Source of the DNA: Campylobacterota bacterium
GTDB taxonomy: Bacteria > Campylobacterota > Campylobacteria > Campylobacterales > Sulfurimonadaceae
Assembly (NCBI GenBank): GCA_013607635.1
Contig: VCAY01000003.1
Location: forward strand, 1 to 61,536
Length of the DNA: 61,536 nucleotides
Direction of reading: 5' to 3'
The notes beneath the pieces are model-generated. The model had not been told where the DNA came from and did not search any database. It worked only from the letters and a program-made list of their open reading frames with translations. Below, in pieces: positions 9,382 through 21,239 of this stretch (positions within the stretch are counted from its first letter, which is position 1; every line of letters starts with the position of its first letter). The position numbers and the translations under genes are program-made.

Positions 9382-11943
9382 TTACAGGCTTACTTTTTGC
9401 TCAACTTTTTTAAATGTCTCGATCACATCACCCACTTTAACATCTTCGTAGTTGGAGATGATAACACCACACTCATAACCGTTACCAACCTCTTCAACAT
9501 CATCTTTAAAGCGTCTAAGCGATACAAGCTCACCCTCAAAGGCAACAACACCATCGCGAATAACTCTTACAAGTCCACCGCGGATAAGTTTACCATCAAC
9601 AACCACACATCCGGCAACCATACCTTTAGGAGACTTAAACACATCTCTCACTTCTGCTTGACCTGTGTTTTCTTCAGTAAATTTCGGTGCCATCATACCT
9701 GTGAGCATTCCTGTCATATCATCGAGTAACTGATAGATAATTGAGTAAGTCCTAATATCAACATTTCTTTGTTTTGCAAGTGCTTTAACTGCACCGGTTG
9801 GTCTAACATTAAAACCAAGAAGGACACAATTCTCAGAGTTTGCCACAAGCTCCACATCACTCTCCGTAACACCACCGACACCACTTGAGATGATGTCGAT
9901 TTTTACCTCGTCGTTTCTTAGCTCACTGAGTGATGAACGGATCGCTTCAAGAGATCCGTGCACATCGGTTTTAAGAACCACTTTAAGAGACTTGAGCATA
10001 CCCTCTTTGATCATCGCCGTCATATCTTCAAGTGAAGACTTGGTCGATTTTGAAAGCTCTTTGTGTCTTTCATACTCGTAGCGTTTTTGGGCATACGCTT
10101 TTGCCTCTTTTTCGTTTTTCATCACGCTCATAATCTCACCGGCAGAAGGTACTTGATTAAGACCAACTACAACCGCTGTATGCGATGGTGGCACCTCTTT
10201 GATCTGTTTGCCATGCTCATTAATGAGTGCTTTAACACGCCCGTAAGACTGTCCACAAACAACATTATCACCCACTTTAAGTGTACCGCTTTGAATAATT
10301 ACGGTAGCGACTGCACCACGACCTTTCTCAAGAGATGACTCAACAACTGCCGCTTGCGCTTTTGTTTTAGGGTTTGCTTTTAGCTCCATAATCTCAGCTG
10401 TGAGGAGAATATTTTCCAAAAGTTCATCGATCCCCTCCCCTGTTTTTGCAGAGAGTGGAACAAACTCAACATCCCCACCCCAATCGGTTGGATTGATACC
10501 ACGCTCAGCCATCTGACCTTTGACCATATCAGGGTTAGATGTTTCTTTATCGATTTTATTAAGTGCAACGATTATAGGCGCACCGGAATCTTTAGCAATC
10601 TTGATCACCTCTTCAGTCTGTGGTTTCACACCATCATCCGCTGCAACAACGATGATGATGATATCTGTCACATCGCTACCACGCTGACGCATAGCAGAGA
10701 ATGCCGCGTGCCCCGGAGTATCGATAAATGTGATCTCTTTACCGTGTTGCGAGATGGTATATGCACCGATATGTTGCGTAATACCACCAGCTTCACCTTC
10801 AGTTACTTTTGTAGCGCGGATCTTATCTAAAAGTGATGTTTTACCATGATCAACATGCCCCATAATCGTAATGATTGGTGGACGATCAAGAGCATCTGGA
10901 TCTACATCTACTTCTGTTTCTTCCACATAGTTAAACTCATCTTTTGGATCGACAACCGTTACCTCAACACCAAACTCTTCAGAGAGGATCTCAATCTCAT
11001 CAGCGCCAAGAAAATCATTTTTCGTCATCATCATACCAAGATCGAAAAGAACTTTAATGATATCACTCATAGGGCGTTTGAGTTTTTCGGCAAACTCGTA
11101 AACACGAATATCTTCAGGGATCTCTACGTGTGTTACAACCTCATCAACTGGTTTCTCTTTGGTGTATTTTTTCTTTTTCTCACGAGCCACTTTTCTTTGG
11201 CGAGGGGCTTGTTTTTTGTTAGCATTTCTCCCTATTGGTTTAGGCTGCCTAGGTTTTTTTGGCTCTTCTATCTGAATCTCTTTACGTTCGGTTGCATTGA
11301 TATCCAAAAGCACAACCTCATCTTCATCCATATCAATAGATACATCAACCATCGAACCACCAAAGATATCGATCTTAGTACCTTGATCTTTTTTAGGCGC
11401 AGGAGCTGACTTTTCTTTATTTTTCTTCTTTTTGGCAATCTCTTCAAGCACCTCTTGGCTGATTTTGCCATAAGAGGATACAATCGCTTCTGATTTTTGT
11501 GGTGCTTGGGTAACTTCTGGTTGCTTAACTCTCTTTTTCTTAACGATTTTCAGACCAGATTTTTTAACGGCAGGCTTAATGTTTGGAGTTTGAACTTGTG
11601 GTTTTGACTCTTCTTTAGGAGTTGCTTCACTTTGAGCTTTTGCTTCTTTAGGAGTCTCTTTCTTCTCTGGCTCTTTTGTGGCAGTTTTTGGACTCTCTTC
11701 TTGTTTTGGAGTTTCCTCTTTTTTCTCTTGTTCTTTTTTTATCTCTTGTTGAGGAGCACTTACAACCTCTTGAGCCGGTTCTCCATTCATTATATAATTT
11801 GCCAAATCCTCTGCTTGCTCCATCGTCACAACACTTTGTGCAGATTTGACATCAAGACCCATTTTTGAAGCTTTCTCTAAAACATCTTTAGAGGTGATTC
11901 CAAGCTCTTTGGCTATCTCATGTACTCTAACTTTTTCACTCAT
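9382..11943 (-). CDS. infB: Translation initiation factor IF-2
   Basis: [11 protein letters not shown]-terminus, [17 protein letters not shown]. Confidence 0.99.
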   Translation of the reverse strand: MSEKVRVHEIAKELGITSKDVLEKASKMGLDVKSAQSVVTMEQAEDLANYIMNGEPAQEVVSAPQQEIKKEQEKKEETPKQEESPKTATKEPEKKETPKEAKAQSEATPKEESKPQVQTPNIKPAVKKSGLKIVKKKRVKQPEVTQAPQKSEAIVSSYGKISQEVLEEIAKKKKNKEKSAPAPKKDQGTKIDIFGGSMVDVSIDMDEDEVVLLDINATERKEIQIEEPKKPRQPKPIGRNANKKQAPRQRKVAREKKKKYTKEKPVDEVVTHVEIPEDIRVYEFAEKLKRPMSDIIKVLFDLGMMMTKNDFLGADEIEILSEEFGVEVTVVDPKDEFNYVEETEVDVDPDALDRPPIITIMGHVDHGKTSLLDKIRATKVTEGEAGGITQHIGAYTISQHGKEITFIDTPGHAAFSAMRQRGSDVTDIIIIVVAADDGVKPQTEEVIKIAKDSGAPIIVALNKIDKETSNPDMVKGQMAERGINPTDWGGDVEFVPLSAKTGEGIDELLENILLTAEIMELKANPKTKAQAAVVESSLEKGRGAVATVIIQSGTLKVGDNVVCGQSYGRVKALINEHGKQIKEVPPSHTAVVVGLNQVPSAGEIMSVMKNEKEAKAYAQKRYEYERHKELSKSTKSSLEDMTAMIKEGMLKSLKVVLKTDVHGSLEAIRSSLSELRNDEVKIDIISSGVGGVTESDVELVANSENCVLLGFNVRPTGAVKALAKQRNVDIRTYSIIYQLLDDMTGMLTGMMAPKFTEENTGQAEVRDVFKSPKGMVAGCVVVDGKLIRGGLVRVIRDGVVAFEGELVSLRRFKDDVEEVGNGYECGVIISNYEDVKVGDVIETFKKVEQKVSL

Positions 11944-12190
11944 TCGTGATCATCTCCTTTAGTTTGTTCAACAGTTCATCTTTTTTACCGCTTCTACATT
12001 GTCGCATCAGCGCTTTTGCGATCTTTTTTTCATCACTTAGACAAACATAACATAAATAAAAACTTCGTCCAACTCCATCAAACGAAGATAGTTCCCCATC
12101 AATACATCTAAACCTTAGTAGATTGTTTTGTGTATCTTGTTGCCTGCAAGAGATACACATTCTTGTTGGTTTATAAAATTTTTTCACCAT
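11936..12190 (-). CDS. DUF448/YlxR-family protein
   Basis: PTRMCISCR and GRSFYLC motifs, upstream of infB; start uncertain (12190 ATG or 12199 TTG). Confidence 0.8.
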   Translation of the reverse strand: MVKKFYKPTRMCISCRQQDTQNNLLRFRCIDGELSSFDGVGRSFYLCYVCLSDEKKIAKALMRQCRSGKKDELLNKLKEMITNE

Positions 12191-12220
12191 TATATCCAAA
12201 TATTACTTGATTTTTGCTGT

Positions 12221-13102
12221 TTATCGCTTAATCACTAGACCATTGTTGTCAAAATCTAAGATTTTTACTGTAAATTCCGGAAACTTTTGACTCAAACGAT
12301 TGGCAATCATCACAGCATCATCATCGTAAGCCATAGAGAAAAATGTACTCCCGCTCCCTGAAAGCGTACTCATAAGTGCTCCACTCTCATACGCCACTTT
12401 TTGTACCGCAAACAACTCCGGTAATGTTTTCATCCTCGCTTTTTGATGAAACCTGTCTTGAGCAGCAAGCTTGAGCATCTCCCAGTCTTCGTTGAAAAAT
12501 GCTGCAACTGTCAAGGCTGTATGGGAGAGGTTATACACAGCATTTTCTTTAGAATAGGACTTTGGTAAAACTGTTCTTGATTTTGATGTACTCATTTGTT
12601 TATTTGGAATCACCACAACAGCTTTAAGGTAATTTGGCAGATGTTTTTTTTGGGAAAATACTTTATTTTTCTCGATCGTTGCAACATTAAATCCACCCAT
12701 CACTGCTGGTGTAATATTATCGGGATGTGGCTCGTACACCAAAGCATGGTTCAAAATACGCCGTTTTGAGACTCTAATCCCCACCGCTTCATGTGCTGAA
12801 GCGACAGCTGAGACGATCACAGCCGATGAGCTTCCAAGCCCTCTTGACATCGGGATAGAGTTATAAAACGTAAATTTAAAATTTTGTTTTTTCTTACTCA
12901 GCCTAGCGTAGTGTTCATTAAAGATACTTACAAAGAGGTTATTCCCTTTAAGACGGGAATTATTCTCCCCCTCCCCTTTAATACTTACACTAAAAAATTT
13001 TGAAGGGTGAAACTCCACTTTATTGCGCAGATCCACCGCTAAACCTAAAGAATCGAATCCCGGTCCAAGGTTAGCAGATGTAGCAGGTACACTTATTGTC
13101 AC
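12221..13102 (-). CDS. thrB: Homoserine kinase
   Basis: [32 protein letters not shown]. Confidence 0.97.
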   Translation of the reverse strand: MTISVPATSANLGPGFDSLGLAVDLRNKVEFHPSKFFSVSIKGEGENNSRLKGNNLFVSIFNEHYARLSKKKQNFKFTFYNSIPMSRGLGSSSAVIVSAVASAHEAVGIRVSKRRILNHALVYEPHPDNITPAVMGGFNVATIEKNKVFSQKKHLPNYLKAVVVIPNKQMSTSKSRTVLPKSYSKENAVYNLSHTALTVAAFFNEDWEMLKLAAQDRFHQKARMKTLPELFAVQKVAYESGALMSTLSGSGSTFFSMAYDDDAVMIANRLSQKFPEFTVKILDFDNNGLVIKR

Positions 13103-13114
13103 TCTTTATCCTAT

Positions 13115-13573
13115 TCACACTGCCCCTATCATATAAAGAGGCGCAGTATCTTGATGAAACGCTGCATAATCCAGTACATCAGGGAGCTTAAAACCACTTG
13201 TAGGCACTGTTTCTAACTTTTGCGTCTTAATTTCTTGATTAATTCTAACAAAAAATAGCTTTCCTATCGCTTTTATGGGTTGATTCTCATTAAAATAAAA
13301 GGCATCTCTGGCAAAAAGGGGGACATCTTTTAAGATACTCAACGATCGCAAGAAGATATAGGCCACCTTGATCGCCATAAAGCTCCCAGGACCATTAACA
13401 TAATAAAGCGCTTTTAGTTCATACTTTTGTAAAATTTCTTCAAAGATAAGCGGCATTGCATCGGAGCTTTTGGCATCGCTTGTAATGTTCTGTATCAATT
13501 TGCCATCTTCATAAATCCCTATCAACAGAGGCGTTGAGAGGGTAATGCAAAGTATCTCAACTTTTTTACGCAT
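13115..13573 (-). CDS. TsaB-like (t6A biosynthesis) protein
   Basis: [10 protein letters not shown] motif; position between lpxC and thrB typical of Campylobacterota. Confidence 0.75.
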   Translation of the reverse strand: MRKKVEILCITLSTPLLIGIYEDGKLIQNITSDAKSSDAMPLIFEEILQKYELKALYYVNGPGSFMAIKVAYIFLRSLSILKDVPLFARDAFYFNENQPIKAIGKLFFVRINQEIKTQKLETVPTSGFKLPDVLDYAAFHQDTAPLYMIGAV

Positions 13574-14450
13574 ACGCTTTTTCTAACTCTTTGAGCTCTT
13601 CTCCAACCATCTCGATCACTTCATAATTTGCAGGATCTTTTAAAAGCTCAAGTGTGAGTTTGTGATTAAGGTCGTGACTGCCGGCAAATGCTTCATAATT
13701 GCCGATAAAATTCATCCCGATAAGACTCATATCTCCAATAGCGTCAAGGATCTTATGACGTACAAACTCATCTTCAAAACGAAGCCCCTCGGGATTAAGG
13801 ATCTTTTTCTCATCTAAAACGATCGCATTTTCCAAACTGCCACCAAGTGCAAGCCCTTTTGAGCGAAGATACTGTACCTCATGCACAAATCCAAAGGTTC
13901 TAGCTCTTGATATCTCCTCTTTATAGGTCTGCTTTGTAAACTTCAGCACATAAGCCTGCTCCTGAATCACAGGATGGGGAAACTTGATCGTAAAATCGTA
14001 GTTAAGATCTTTTGAGGGGGTCAATTTCACATACTTATCACCCTCTTGGATCGTAATCTCTTTTTTAATTCGCATAATCTTTTTCGGCTTATCGAGTTGT
14101 AAAATCTCTGCCTCATCCAAAAGCATGCAGTAGCTCGCACTGCTTCCATCCATTACAGGTACCTCATCGGCATCTACAACCACTCTTAAGTTATCGATCC
14201 CATACGCATACACCGCTGAAAGCAGATGCTCGATCGTAGAGATCACGTGTCCATCTTTACCAATAACTGTAGCCATCTTTGTATCAACAACATTCTCAGG
14301 GATCAGCGGGATCGAAACATCCACATCACTTCTGTAAAAAACAATTCCGCTTCCAGATTCCAAAGGTTCCAGACGAAGTTTTACTGGTGAACCTTTATGG
14401 AGCCCTATCCCTACAAGTTCCACACTTTTTTTAATAGTTGTTTGATACAT
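13566..14450 (-). CDS. lpxC: UDP-3-O-acyl-GlcNAc deacetylase
   Basis: [35 protein letters not shown]. Confidence 0.98.
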   Translation of the reverse strand: MYQTTIKKSVELVGIGLHKGSPVKLRLEPLESGSGIVFYRSDVDVSIPLIPENVVDTKMATVIGKDGHVISTIEHLLSAVYAYGIDNLRVVVDADEVPVMDGSSASYCMLLDEAEILQLDKPKKIMRIKKEITIQEGDKYVKLTPSKDLNYDFTIKFPHPVIQEQAYVLKFTKQTYKEEISRARTFGFVHEVQYLRSKGLALGGSLENAIVLDEKKILNPEGLRFEDEFVRHKILDAIGDMSLIGMNFIGNYEAFAGSHDLNHKLTLELLKDPANYEVIEMVGEELKELEKAYA

Positions 14451-14458
14451 TTTAGCCT

Positions 14459-15820
14459 CTATCTTCGATCTATTATTTTTTTTGCTTCTTTTATTATATC
14501 AGTAATATTCAATTTTATCCACCGTGCATCCATCCACTCTTGTGGCCGTACCTCAACACCTTGAACAAGCACACCAAAATGTAAATGATCCCCCATCGCA
14601 TAACCACTTTTTCCGGTATTGGCAATCTTATCGCCACTATTTAGATGATCACCTTGAACTACATCAATACTTGAGCAGTGACCATAAATGGTATAAAGTC
14701 CAAGTGCATGAGAGATCACAGGCATATTGCCATACAGCCCATTATAATCTGCAAAAACAACATCCCCACTGTTTTGTGTTTTGATCGGTGCCATTGCAGA
14801 GCTTGCAAGATCGAGCCCCATGTGGTAAGCTTCGCTGACAAATTTGCCCCTATAGTAGTACTTTCTGTGATCTCCAAAGTGTGCAACCACCTGAGCATTT
14901 TTTAAAGGATACATCTTTTTAATACGAAAATCGCTAATCATTGCATCAGAGACTTTCGATGTAACATCATGAATCAACTTCTCATTTTTTGCTCTGACAT
15001 CTTCGTTGATAATTTTAAACTGCTCGAGTTTATCATCTACACCCTGTGTTTCCTCAAACTCCTCAGCGAGATCATAAATCTTTCCATTTAAAAACTTGTC
15101 AGAAAGGGTAATTTTGGAAACCTTATATTGCTTCTCTTTGAGATACAATGGGATATACGCTTTTGTTATATTACCGGCACTGTCTTTAGCAACCACATTT
15201 GCCCGAAAACTTCTTTGTTGCACCGGCCATGCCAAAAGTGCAATGTAGTAACCCTCCTTGTAAAACGGCTCGGCTTGAAATTTTTTACCGTTAATATCGA
15301 TATAGTACTCTTCAAGATTAGCATCTTCTACACTAAAAATCACCAAGGCTGAACCACCTCTTGAGATTTTATAGGAGTTGTTAACAATACTTACCCTTGG
15401 TCTTTTCTTGTCCACTGTTAAAACAAACTTTTTTACCGCAATATTACCGTTTAAAAAGTTCCATTGACTGCTGTCAACAGCTTCGATTGTAAGTGTAAGC
15501 TGCTTATTTTTTAAACGATACAACCCTTTTGGAGGTTGCACATCGATCGCAAACTTGTTTTGTGGCACTACAAACTGCTCATACGCCAACTCTTTGACAC
15601 CCTTTTCACTCTGCAGTGTGATTTTATAAAGCTTAATGCCACTTGTATCTTCAATCGTTACATGTAACGGCTGTTTCAGGTTCCAAAAACCATTATTTTG
15701 CATCGTAATTTTTGGAGCCACACGCTCAAAAGTTTGTGAAAAATAGACATAAGCACCTGCTGCAATAAGCGCTACAAATATCAATAACGTAACAAATGAT
15801 GAATTCTTTTTTCTTCTCAC
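14459..15820 (-). CDS. M23 family metallopeptidase
   Basis: N-terminal TM helix; HMGLD, YGH and GDHLHFG motifs. Confidence 0.92.
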   Translation of the reverse strand: MRRKKNSSFVTLLIFVALIAAGAYVYFSQTFERVAPKITMQNNGFWNLKQPLHVTIEDTSGIKLYKITLQSEKGVKELAYEQFVVPQNKFAIDVQPPKGLYRLKNKQLTLTIEAVDSSQWNFLNGNIAVKKFVLTVDKKRPRVSIVNNSYKISRGGSALVIFSVEDANLEEYYIDINGKKFQAEPFYKEGYYIALLAWPVQQRSFRANVVAKDSAGNITKAYIPLYLKEKQYKVSKITLSDKFLNGKIYDLAEEFEETQGVDDKLEQFKIINEDVRAKNEKLIHDVTSKVSDAMISDFRIKKMYPLKNAQVVAHFGDHRKYYYRGKFVSEAYHMGLDLASSAMAPIKTQNSGDVVFADYNGLYGNMPVISHALGLYTIYGHCSSIDVVQGDHLNSGDKIANTGKSGYAMGDHLHFGVLVQGVEVRPQEWMDARWIKLNITDIIKEAKKIIDRR

Positions 15821-16479
15821 TCTACTTCCTCATAAATTATTTTGTCCTCAAATACCACTTGCACTTTTGTTACGTGTACAAGTGTTAAAAGATTGTGTGC
15901 CGCTTTTTGCACATCTTGCAAACTCGCACCACTTTTTTGCAACATCTCATTGTTTAACACAACTTTGGCAGTTGTAGCATTGTCTAGCAACACAAAAGAG
16001 CTGTATAGCTGTGCTTGGAGTCTCAAATATGCCAACGACTCGCTGTTGTGAAGATGTTTGATCACCTCTTGCGTTTTTGCACCGCTTTCGATCAAACTCC
16101 CCATCGCTTCAAGTTTTTTTATATCTTGCAAAAAACTGCTACCATCTTCGATCAAAAAAGAGGCATAGAGCGATGTTGCGATCTTCTCATTAAACTTTAC
16201 ACCCTCTTGTTTGAGTGCTTCATAAAGCCACAAAGTATCACTAGGAGCATCAAAAACAAGATCAGCAGTTGCAGGTTTGGTAGCTCTTAGCTTTGTAAAC
16301 CAAGGTAAAAAGAAAAATTTGTACCTTATCTCATGCTTGCTCACAAGGGAAACTTTTTTGTGAAGTGTTAACAAATACGAATAGAGTGCACATCCAGATG
16401 CAATACTCTGCTCATTTACAATGATTGCGACATGTTTTGCATCTTTGATCTTTGTAAATTCTATCAAAACAATTTTCAC
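15817..16479 (-). CDS. Hypothetical protein, probably a degenerate DHH/NrnA-like phosphoesterase
   Basis: AKHVAII, FFFLPWF and IATSLYAS resemble the NrnA scaffold, but the DxD and DHH motifs are absent. Confidence 0.5.
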   Translation of the reverse strand: MKIVLIEFTKIKDAKHVAIIVNEQSIASGCALYSYLLTLHKKVSLVSKHEIRYKFFFLPWFTKLRATKPATADLVFDAPSDTLWLYEALKQEGVKFNEKIATSLYASFLIEDGSSFLQDIKKLEAMGSLIESGAKTQEVIKHLHNSESLAYLRLQAQLYSSFVLLDNATTAKVVLNNEMLQKSGASLQDVQKAAHNLLTLVHVTKVQVVFEDKIIYEEVE

Positions 16480-16499
16480 TTTCTTTGCAAGATTATATA

Positions 16500-17552
16500 C
16501 TATTTTTTATTCATCTTGTAAACATACGCCAAAACTTCGGCAACTGTGGCAAACAGCTCCTGCGGAATCGGTTTTTCAACCTCTACATCTTTATAGAGTG
16601 TTCTTGCAAGTGGTGGGTTTTGCACAATGTGCACATCATTTTCACGCGCTATTTTTTTGATCTTTTGTGCAACATTATCCACCCCTTTGGCTATCACGAT
16701 CGGTGCTGCATGTTTTTCCTGCTCATACTTGATCGCTACCGCATAGTGTGTCGGGTTGGTGATGACAACATCGGCATTTGGCACCTCTGCCATCATCCTT
16801 CGTCTTGCTGTCTCCATCTGAATCTGCCTGATTTTTGCTTTGATTTGAGGGTCCCCTTCCATATTTTTCATCTCATCTTTGACCTCTTGTTTAGACATCT
16901 TCAAACCATCAAAATATTGTTTACGCACAATCATCACATCAACTATTGCAAACACAAAAATGATAAAAAGCATCACCAAAGCGATCACAAGCGCTTTTTC
17001 CTGCAGCCACTCTAACTGCTCACCAAGCCCAAAAAGTGCTACAGTAGGAAGTTCCGTAATGTAATAAAAAAAGAAAACAAATCCCACTCCAAGCGTTGTA
17101 AAAGATTTGAGCGTAACTTTGATCCCCTCGATCAGTTTTTTTAATGAAAAAAGGTTTTTTATCCCCTTAATAGGATCGAGTTTTTTAATATCCGGCACAA
17201 TTGCTTTGGTGGTAAACAAAAACCCAAACTGTGCAAAAGCCGCTACTATTCCAGCTACCGCAACCGCAGTTGCAAGCGGTATAATCATCAAAAGAACCTC
17301 ACGAACAGAAACGATGATAATATCGATCACAAAAAGCTTATCTACAGGAGTGCCGATAAGGGAGAAATAGTACTTAAAGAGTGTAACCATATGTTTGGCG
17401 ATAAAAGGAAAAAGCATCAGTGTGGCTAAAATCGCTACAAAAAGACTCATCACCCCCGAAGCATCTTGCGATTTTGGAACATTCCCCTCTTTTCGGGCAT
17501 CCTCTATCTTCTTGGGGGTAGGTTCTTCAGTCTTTTCCTGATCATCAGCCAT
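16500..17552 (-). CDS. flhB: Flagellar export protein FlhB
   Basis: EKTEEPT, EG-PQIK, autocleavage motif TNPTH. Confidence 0.97.
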   Translation of the reverse strand: MADDQEKTEEPTPKKIEDARKEGNVPKSQDASGVMSLFVAILATLMLFPFIAKHMVTLFKYYFSLIGTPVDKLFVIDIIIVSVREVLLMIIPLATAVAVAGIVAAFAQFGFLFTTKAIVPDIKKLDPIKGIKNLFSLKKLIEGIKVTLKSFTTLGVGFVFFFYYITELPTVALFGLGEQLEWLQEKALVIALVMLFIIFVFAIVDVMIVRKQYFDGLKMSKQEVKDEMKNMEGDPQIKAKIRQIQMETARRRMMAEVPNADVVITNPTHYAVAIKYEQEKHAAPIVIAKGVDNVAQKIKKIARENDVHIVQNPPLARTLYKDVEVEKPIPQELFATVAEVLAYVYKMNKK

Positions 17553-17588
17553 TTAATACTCCCAGAAGAACCCTCTTTAGATGTAATG

Positions 17589-18404
17589 CTAACGCATCTT
17601 CATCGAAAGATCGATCCAGTTGGCTTGATGGATCAGTGAGCCTGAGCTGATCGCATCGACACCTGTTTTGGCGTAACCCTCAATAGTATCAAGCGAGATA
17701 TTGCCACTTGCTTCAAGCAAGATGTGTGGATAGTTGGCATCTCTGTAAGACACCACCTCAGCCACCTCAGAGGGTGTCATATTATCACACATCACAATAT
17801 CTGCATCTGCTTCAAAAGCAAGTTTTGCAATCTCGAGTGTTTCAGCTTCTACCTCAATCTTAGCAGTAAAAGGGATCACCTCTCTTGCTTTTTGGATATA
17901 CTCTTTAAGATTTGCAATCGTTTTTAAGTGGGTATCTTTGATCATCAAAGAATCATCCAGCCCCATTCTGTGGTTGGTTGCCCCGCCACACCTTGTAGCG
18001 TATTTCTCAAACACCCGCAGTTGCGGTCTTGTTTTTCTTGTATCGAGCAGTTTTACCCCGTAAGGTTTGATAATGTCGGCATATTTTCGCGTAAGGGTTG
18101 CGATGGAGCTTGCATGGAGTGCTAGGTCAAGAATCGTTCGCTCACACTTTAAAAGATCGTGTGAAGAGCCTTGAATGGTAGCAATCATATCCCCTTGCAC
18201 AAACCGTTCACCATCTTGTTTACCCCAAGTGATCTCAAGCCTCTCCTCCTGAGCTAACACATCAATATATTTCGCTCCCGCAAAGACTCCATCACACCTG
18301 GCGATGATATCTGCTTTTGCTGCCACACTCAGCTCAACAAGCGCATAGAGATCACCCCTGCCAACATCCTCAGCAAGTGCCGCTTTTACAAACTCTTTGA
18401 TCAT
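17589..18404 (-). CDS. nadC: Nicotinate-nucleotide pyrophosphorylase (carboxylating)
   Basis: EDVGRGD, DTRKT, NHRMGL, IKDTH, EASG; start at ATG 18404 overlapping the nadA stop. Confidence 0.96.
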   Translation of the reverse strand: MIKEFVKAALAEDVGRGDLYALVELSVAAKADIIARCDGVFAGAKYIDVLAQEERLEITWGKQDGERFVQGDMIATIQGSSHDLLKCERTILDLALHASSIATLTRKYADIIKPYGVKLLDTRKTRPQLRVFEKYATRCGGATNHRMGLDDSLMIKDTHLKTIANLKEYIQKAREVIPFTAKIEVEAETLEIAKLAFEADADIVMCDNMTPSEVAEVVSYRDANYPHILLEASGNISLDTIEGYAKTGVDAISSGSLIHQANWIDLSMKMR

Positions 18405-19399
18405 AATGCCAACATTCTCTCGAGTGCTATTTTTGCCCATTTTTGTGTTGATGGATCCACTTCGATCTCATTGATCGGCGCACCATCTTCGATCGCTTTG
18501 AGAGTGAGGTACACATCCTCAAGCGTTGTTTCATTCATCGTAGGACACTCTGGCTTCGTTGAACTTAGCACATAGGTGTTTTTTGGACGCAGACGATTAA
18601 CCATATTAAACTCTGTCCCAACGGCAACTTTTTGATCTTCCGGTAATTCGGTAATATACTTGATAAGCTGTGAAGTAGATCCTACAAAATCACTCGCTTC
18701 ACAGATTGCCGGATCACACTCAGGGTGCGTGGCAATTTTGATCCCCGGATATTTTTTGCGGTAAAACTCAATATCTTCTACCGTAAAGAGCTGGTGCACC
18801 GAGCAAAAGCCATCATAACAGATGATGTCCGCTTCTTTTGGATCACCCCCCTGCCCTATCACCATCGATTTTAGACCCATCTGGTTGGCAATGTTTTGCC
18901 CAAGGCATCGATCTGGCACAAAAAGGATCTTTTTACCCTCACCCAAAGCGGTGGTGATGATCTTTTTTGCATTGGAGCTGGTACACACCATACCACCCAT
19001 CTCACCCACTTTTGCTTTCACATCGGCATTGGAGTTGATATAGGTGATTGGTAAGATATTTTCTCTCGCAATGCCGTGATCGTTTAAAAACTTCACCGAT
19101 TCATCGTAGTAAAGCGAATCAATCATTCTCGCCATCGCACAACAAGCGATCTTTGGCATCACCACTCTTTTCTCCGGGCTTAGCACTTTAACACTCTGCC
19201 CCATAAAACCGACACCACAAAAGAGTACAAACTCAGCGTCATCCGCTTTGGTTCTCATCGCAAGCTCAAGTGAATCTCCCGTAATATCTGCCATCTCAAA
19301 CACTTCATCTCTTTGATAAAAGTGAGCCACCACCGTTACGCTTAACTTCTCTTTGAGTCTGAATATCTCTTGTTTTAATTCTTCGTTACTTAATTGCAA
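18401..19399 (-). CDS. nadA: Quinolinate synthase
   Basis: AHFYQ, GDSL, FCGVGFM, YINS, CTSSNA, HPEC, CPTM. Confidence 0.96.
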   Translation of the reverse strand: MQLSNEELKQEIFRLKEKLSVTVVAHFYQRDEVFEMADITGDSLELAMRTKADDAEFVLFCGVGFMGQSVKVLSPEKRVVMPKIACCAMARMIDSLYYDESVKFLNDHGIARENILPITYINSNADVKAKVGEMGGMVCTSSNAKKIITTALGEGKKILFVPDRCLGQNIANQMGLKSMVIGQGGDPKEADIICYDGFCSVHQLFTVEDIEFYRKKYPGIKIATHPECDPAICEASDFVGSTSQLIKYITELPEDQKVAVGTEFNMVNRLRPKNTYVLSSTKPECPTMNETTLEDVYLTLKAIEDGAPINEIEVDPSTQKWAKIALERMLAL

Positions 19400-19490
19400 A
19401 AAATACCCCGTTACATGTAATGACGCAATTATATCAAAAATTTAGCATTATCAATGTACAATGGCGTCACTAATTTCTTGAAGGTTTATA

Positions 19491-20105
19491 ATGGAACTAC
19501 TTTTTAACACAAATATTCAGATGTATATACTCGCTTACCTTGTTGGTGGGATCCCGTTTGGATCACTACTTGCAAAATTCTTTGCAGGTGTTGATGTCAA
19601 ATCAGCAGGGAGTAAAAGTATAGGGGCAACCAATGTGTTGCGAGTGGTCAAAGAAAAAGACCCAAAACTTGCAAAAAAACTGGGTGCGGCCACCCTTGCA
19701 CTTGATGCGATCAAAGGGATGGTGGCACTTGGGATCGGTTATGCTCTTGGAGTAAGCGAAGCGACACTTTGGGCGATCGCTGTTTTGGCTGTTGTTGGAC
19801 ACTGTTTTTCACCTTACCTTGGCTTTGAGGGGGGCAAAGGGATCGCAACCGGCATGGGTGTGATGCTTGTGATGCTTCCATTTGAGACTTTGATCGCTTT
19901 GGTTGTTTGGGTAGTGATGGCAAAAACGGTGCGTATCTCTTCACTCTCTTCACTTACAGGTGTGCTGGCGATGTTTATAGCAAGTTTTTATCTACATCCC
20001 CAAACAACACACGTACCTATTGGGGTCATCGTTTTTATCCTCTTTTACAAACATATACCAAATATCGTACGCCTCCTTAAAGGTGGAGAGAAACGAGTGA
20101 TCTAA
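19491..20105 (+). CDS. plsY: Glycerol-3-phosphate acyltransferase
   Basis: GS-SIGATNV-R, GGKGIAT, H-PNI-RL. Confidence 0.95.
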   Translation: MELLFNTNIQMYILAYLVGGIPFGSLLAKFFAGVDVKSAGSKSIGATNVLRVVKEKDPKLAKKLGAATLALDAIKGMVALGIGYALGVSEATLWAIAVLAVVGHCFSPYLGFEGGKGIATGMGVMLVMLPFETLIALVVWVVMAKTVRISSLSSLTGVLAMFIASFYLHPQTTHVPIGVIVFILFYKHIPNIVRLLKGGEKRVI

Positions 20106-20435
20106 GTGAAAATCTACATCGAGGATCTTTGTTTTAAATGTATCATAGGCATTCTTGATCATGAGCGTAAAACAAAGCAAAAGGTTGTTATAAATGCTAC
20201 ATTGAAATACCATTTCGATGGTGATTTTATCAACTACGCTGATGTGGTTGATTTGATCAAAAAAACGATGAGAAAGAAAAAATTTCTCCTTATCGAAGAT
20301 GCACTGCTTACATTGGAGAAAAAAATATATAAAAATTTTCCTACTATCAAAAAAGTAACAATCAAGATCACAAAACCATCTATTTTACCCGACTGCAAGG
20401 TAAGTGTACAGCAAACAACAAAACTCATTTCTTAA
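20106..20435 (+). CDS. folB: Dihydroneopterin aldolase
   Basis: IIGILDHER, INYA, LIE and ITKP motifs; GTG start. Confidence 0.85.
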   Translation: MKIYIEDLCFKCIIGILDHERKTKQKVVINATLKYHFDGDFINYADVVDLIKKTMRKKKFLLIEDALLTLEKKIYKNFPTIKKVTIKITKPSILPDCKVSVQQTTKLIS

Positions 20436-20483
20436 GAAAGTCTTCACTTTTATTGAAAAAAAGTTTAAAGTTACCTAAAATTA

Positions 20484-20492
20484 TGCTATCAT
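20484..20492 (+). promoter_or_regulatory. Extended -10 promoter of hsrA
   Basis: TGcTATCAT about 33 nt upstream of the ATG; SD AGGA follows. Confidence 0.5.
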
Positions 20493-20525
20493 TTCACAAA
20501 ATTTTTAAAACATAGGAAATAATAG

Positions 20526-21200
20526 ATGCGTATTCTTATTATAGAAGATGAAGTAACACTAAACAAAATGCTTGCTGAGGGGCTCAAAGAGTTTGGTTAT
20601 CAGAGTGATGTTGTTGAAACACTCAAAGATGGTGAGTATTATTTAGATATCCGTAACTACGATCTCGTACTCATGGACTGGATGCTTCCAGATGGAAACT
20701 CAGTTGAGATCATCGGTGATATCAAAGCTAAAACACCTAAAACTGTTGTAGTTGTACTTTCAGCACGTGATGACAACGAGAGCGAGATCGAAGCTTTAAG
20801 AGCAGGTGCTGATGATTACATTAGAAAACCTTTTGACTTTGAAGTGCTTATTGCAAGGCTTGAAGCGAGACTTCGCTTTGGCGGTAGCAACATCATCGAG
20901 ATCGAAGATCTTACAATCAATCCTGAAGAGGAGAAGATCACTTATAAAGAAACAGAGATCGAGCTTAAAGGTAAACCTTTTGAAGTGCTTACTCACCTTG
21001 CTCGCCACCGCGATCAGATCGTCTCTAAAGAGCAGCTTCTTGATGCTATCTGGGAGGAGCCTGAACTTGTCACTCCAAATGTCATTGAGGTTGCTATCAA
21101 CCAGATCCGTCAAAAGATGGATAAACCTCTAAGTATCACAACGATTGAAACAGTACGTCGTCGTGGGTATCGCTTCTGTTTTCCAAAAGAAGTAAACTAA
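20526..21200 (+). CDS. hsrA: Homeostatic OmpR-family response regulator HsrA/CosR
   Basis: IRNYDLVL-DW, KGKPFEVLTHLARHRDQIVSKEQLLDAIWEEPE, ETVRRRGYRFC. Confidence 0.93.
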   Translation: MRILIIEDEVTLNKMLAEGLKEFGYQSDVVETLKDGEYYLDIRNYDLVLMDWMLPDGNSVEIIGDIKAKTPKTVVVVLSARDDNESEIEALRAGADDYIRKPFDFEVLIARLEARLRFGGSNIIEIEDLTINPEEEKITYKETEIELKGKPFEVLTHLARHRDQIVSKEQLLDAIWEEPELVTPNVIEVAINQIRQKMDKPLSITTIETVRRRGYRFCFPKEVN

Positions 21201-21203
21201 AAA

Positions 21204-21212
21204 TGGTATAAT
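21204..21212 (+). promoter_or_regulatory. Internal extended -10 promoter for the kinase gene
   Basis: TGgTATAAT in the 39-nt intergenic gap. Confidence 0.55.
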
Positions 21213-21239
21213 CCCTTAAAATTTTGAGGGGTTATCGAG

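Noticed and set aside
11480-11780. Repetitive EETPK/ESPK/ATPK segments in infB
   Set aside because: Normal low-complexity IF-2 N-terminal linker, not a repeat array
17589-19399. nadA-nadC without nadB
   Set aside because: Aspartate oxidase is often encoded elsewhere; one window cannot show absence
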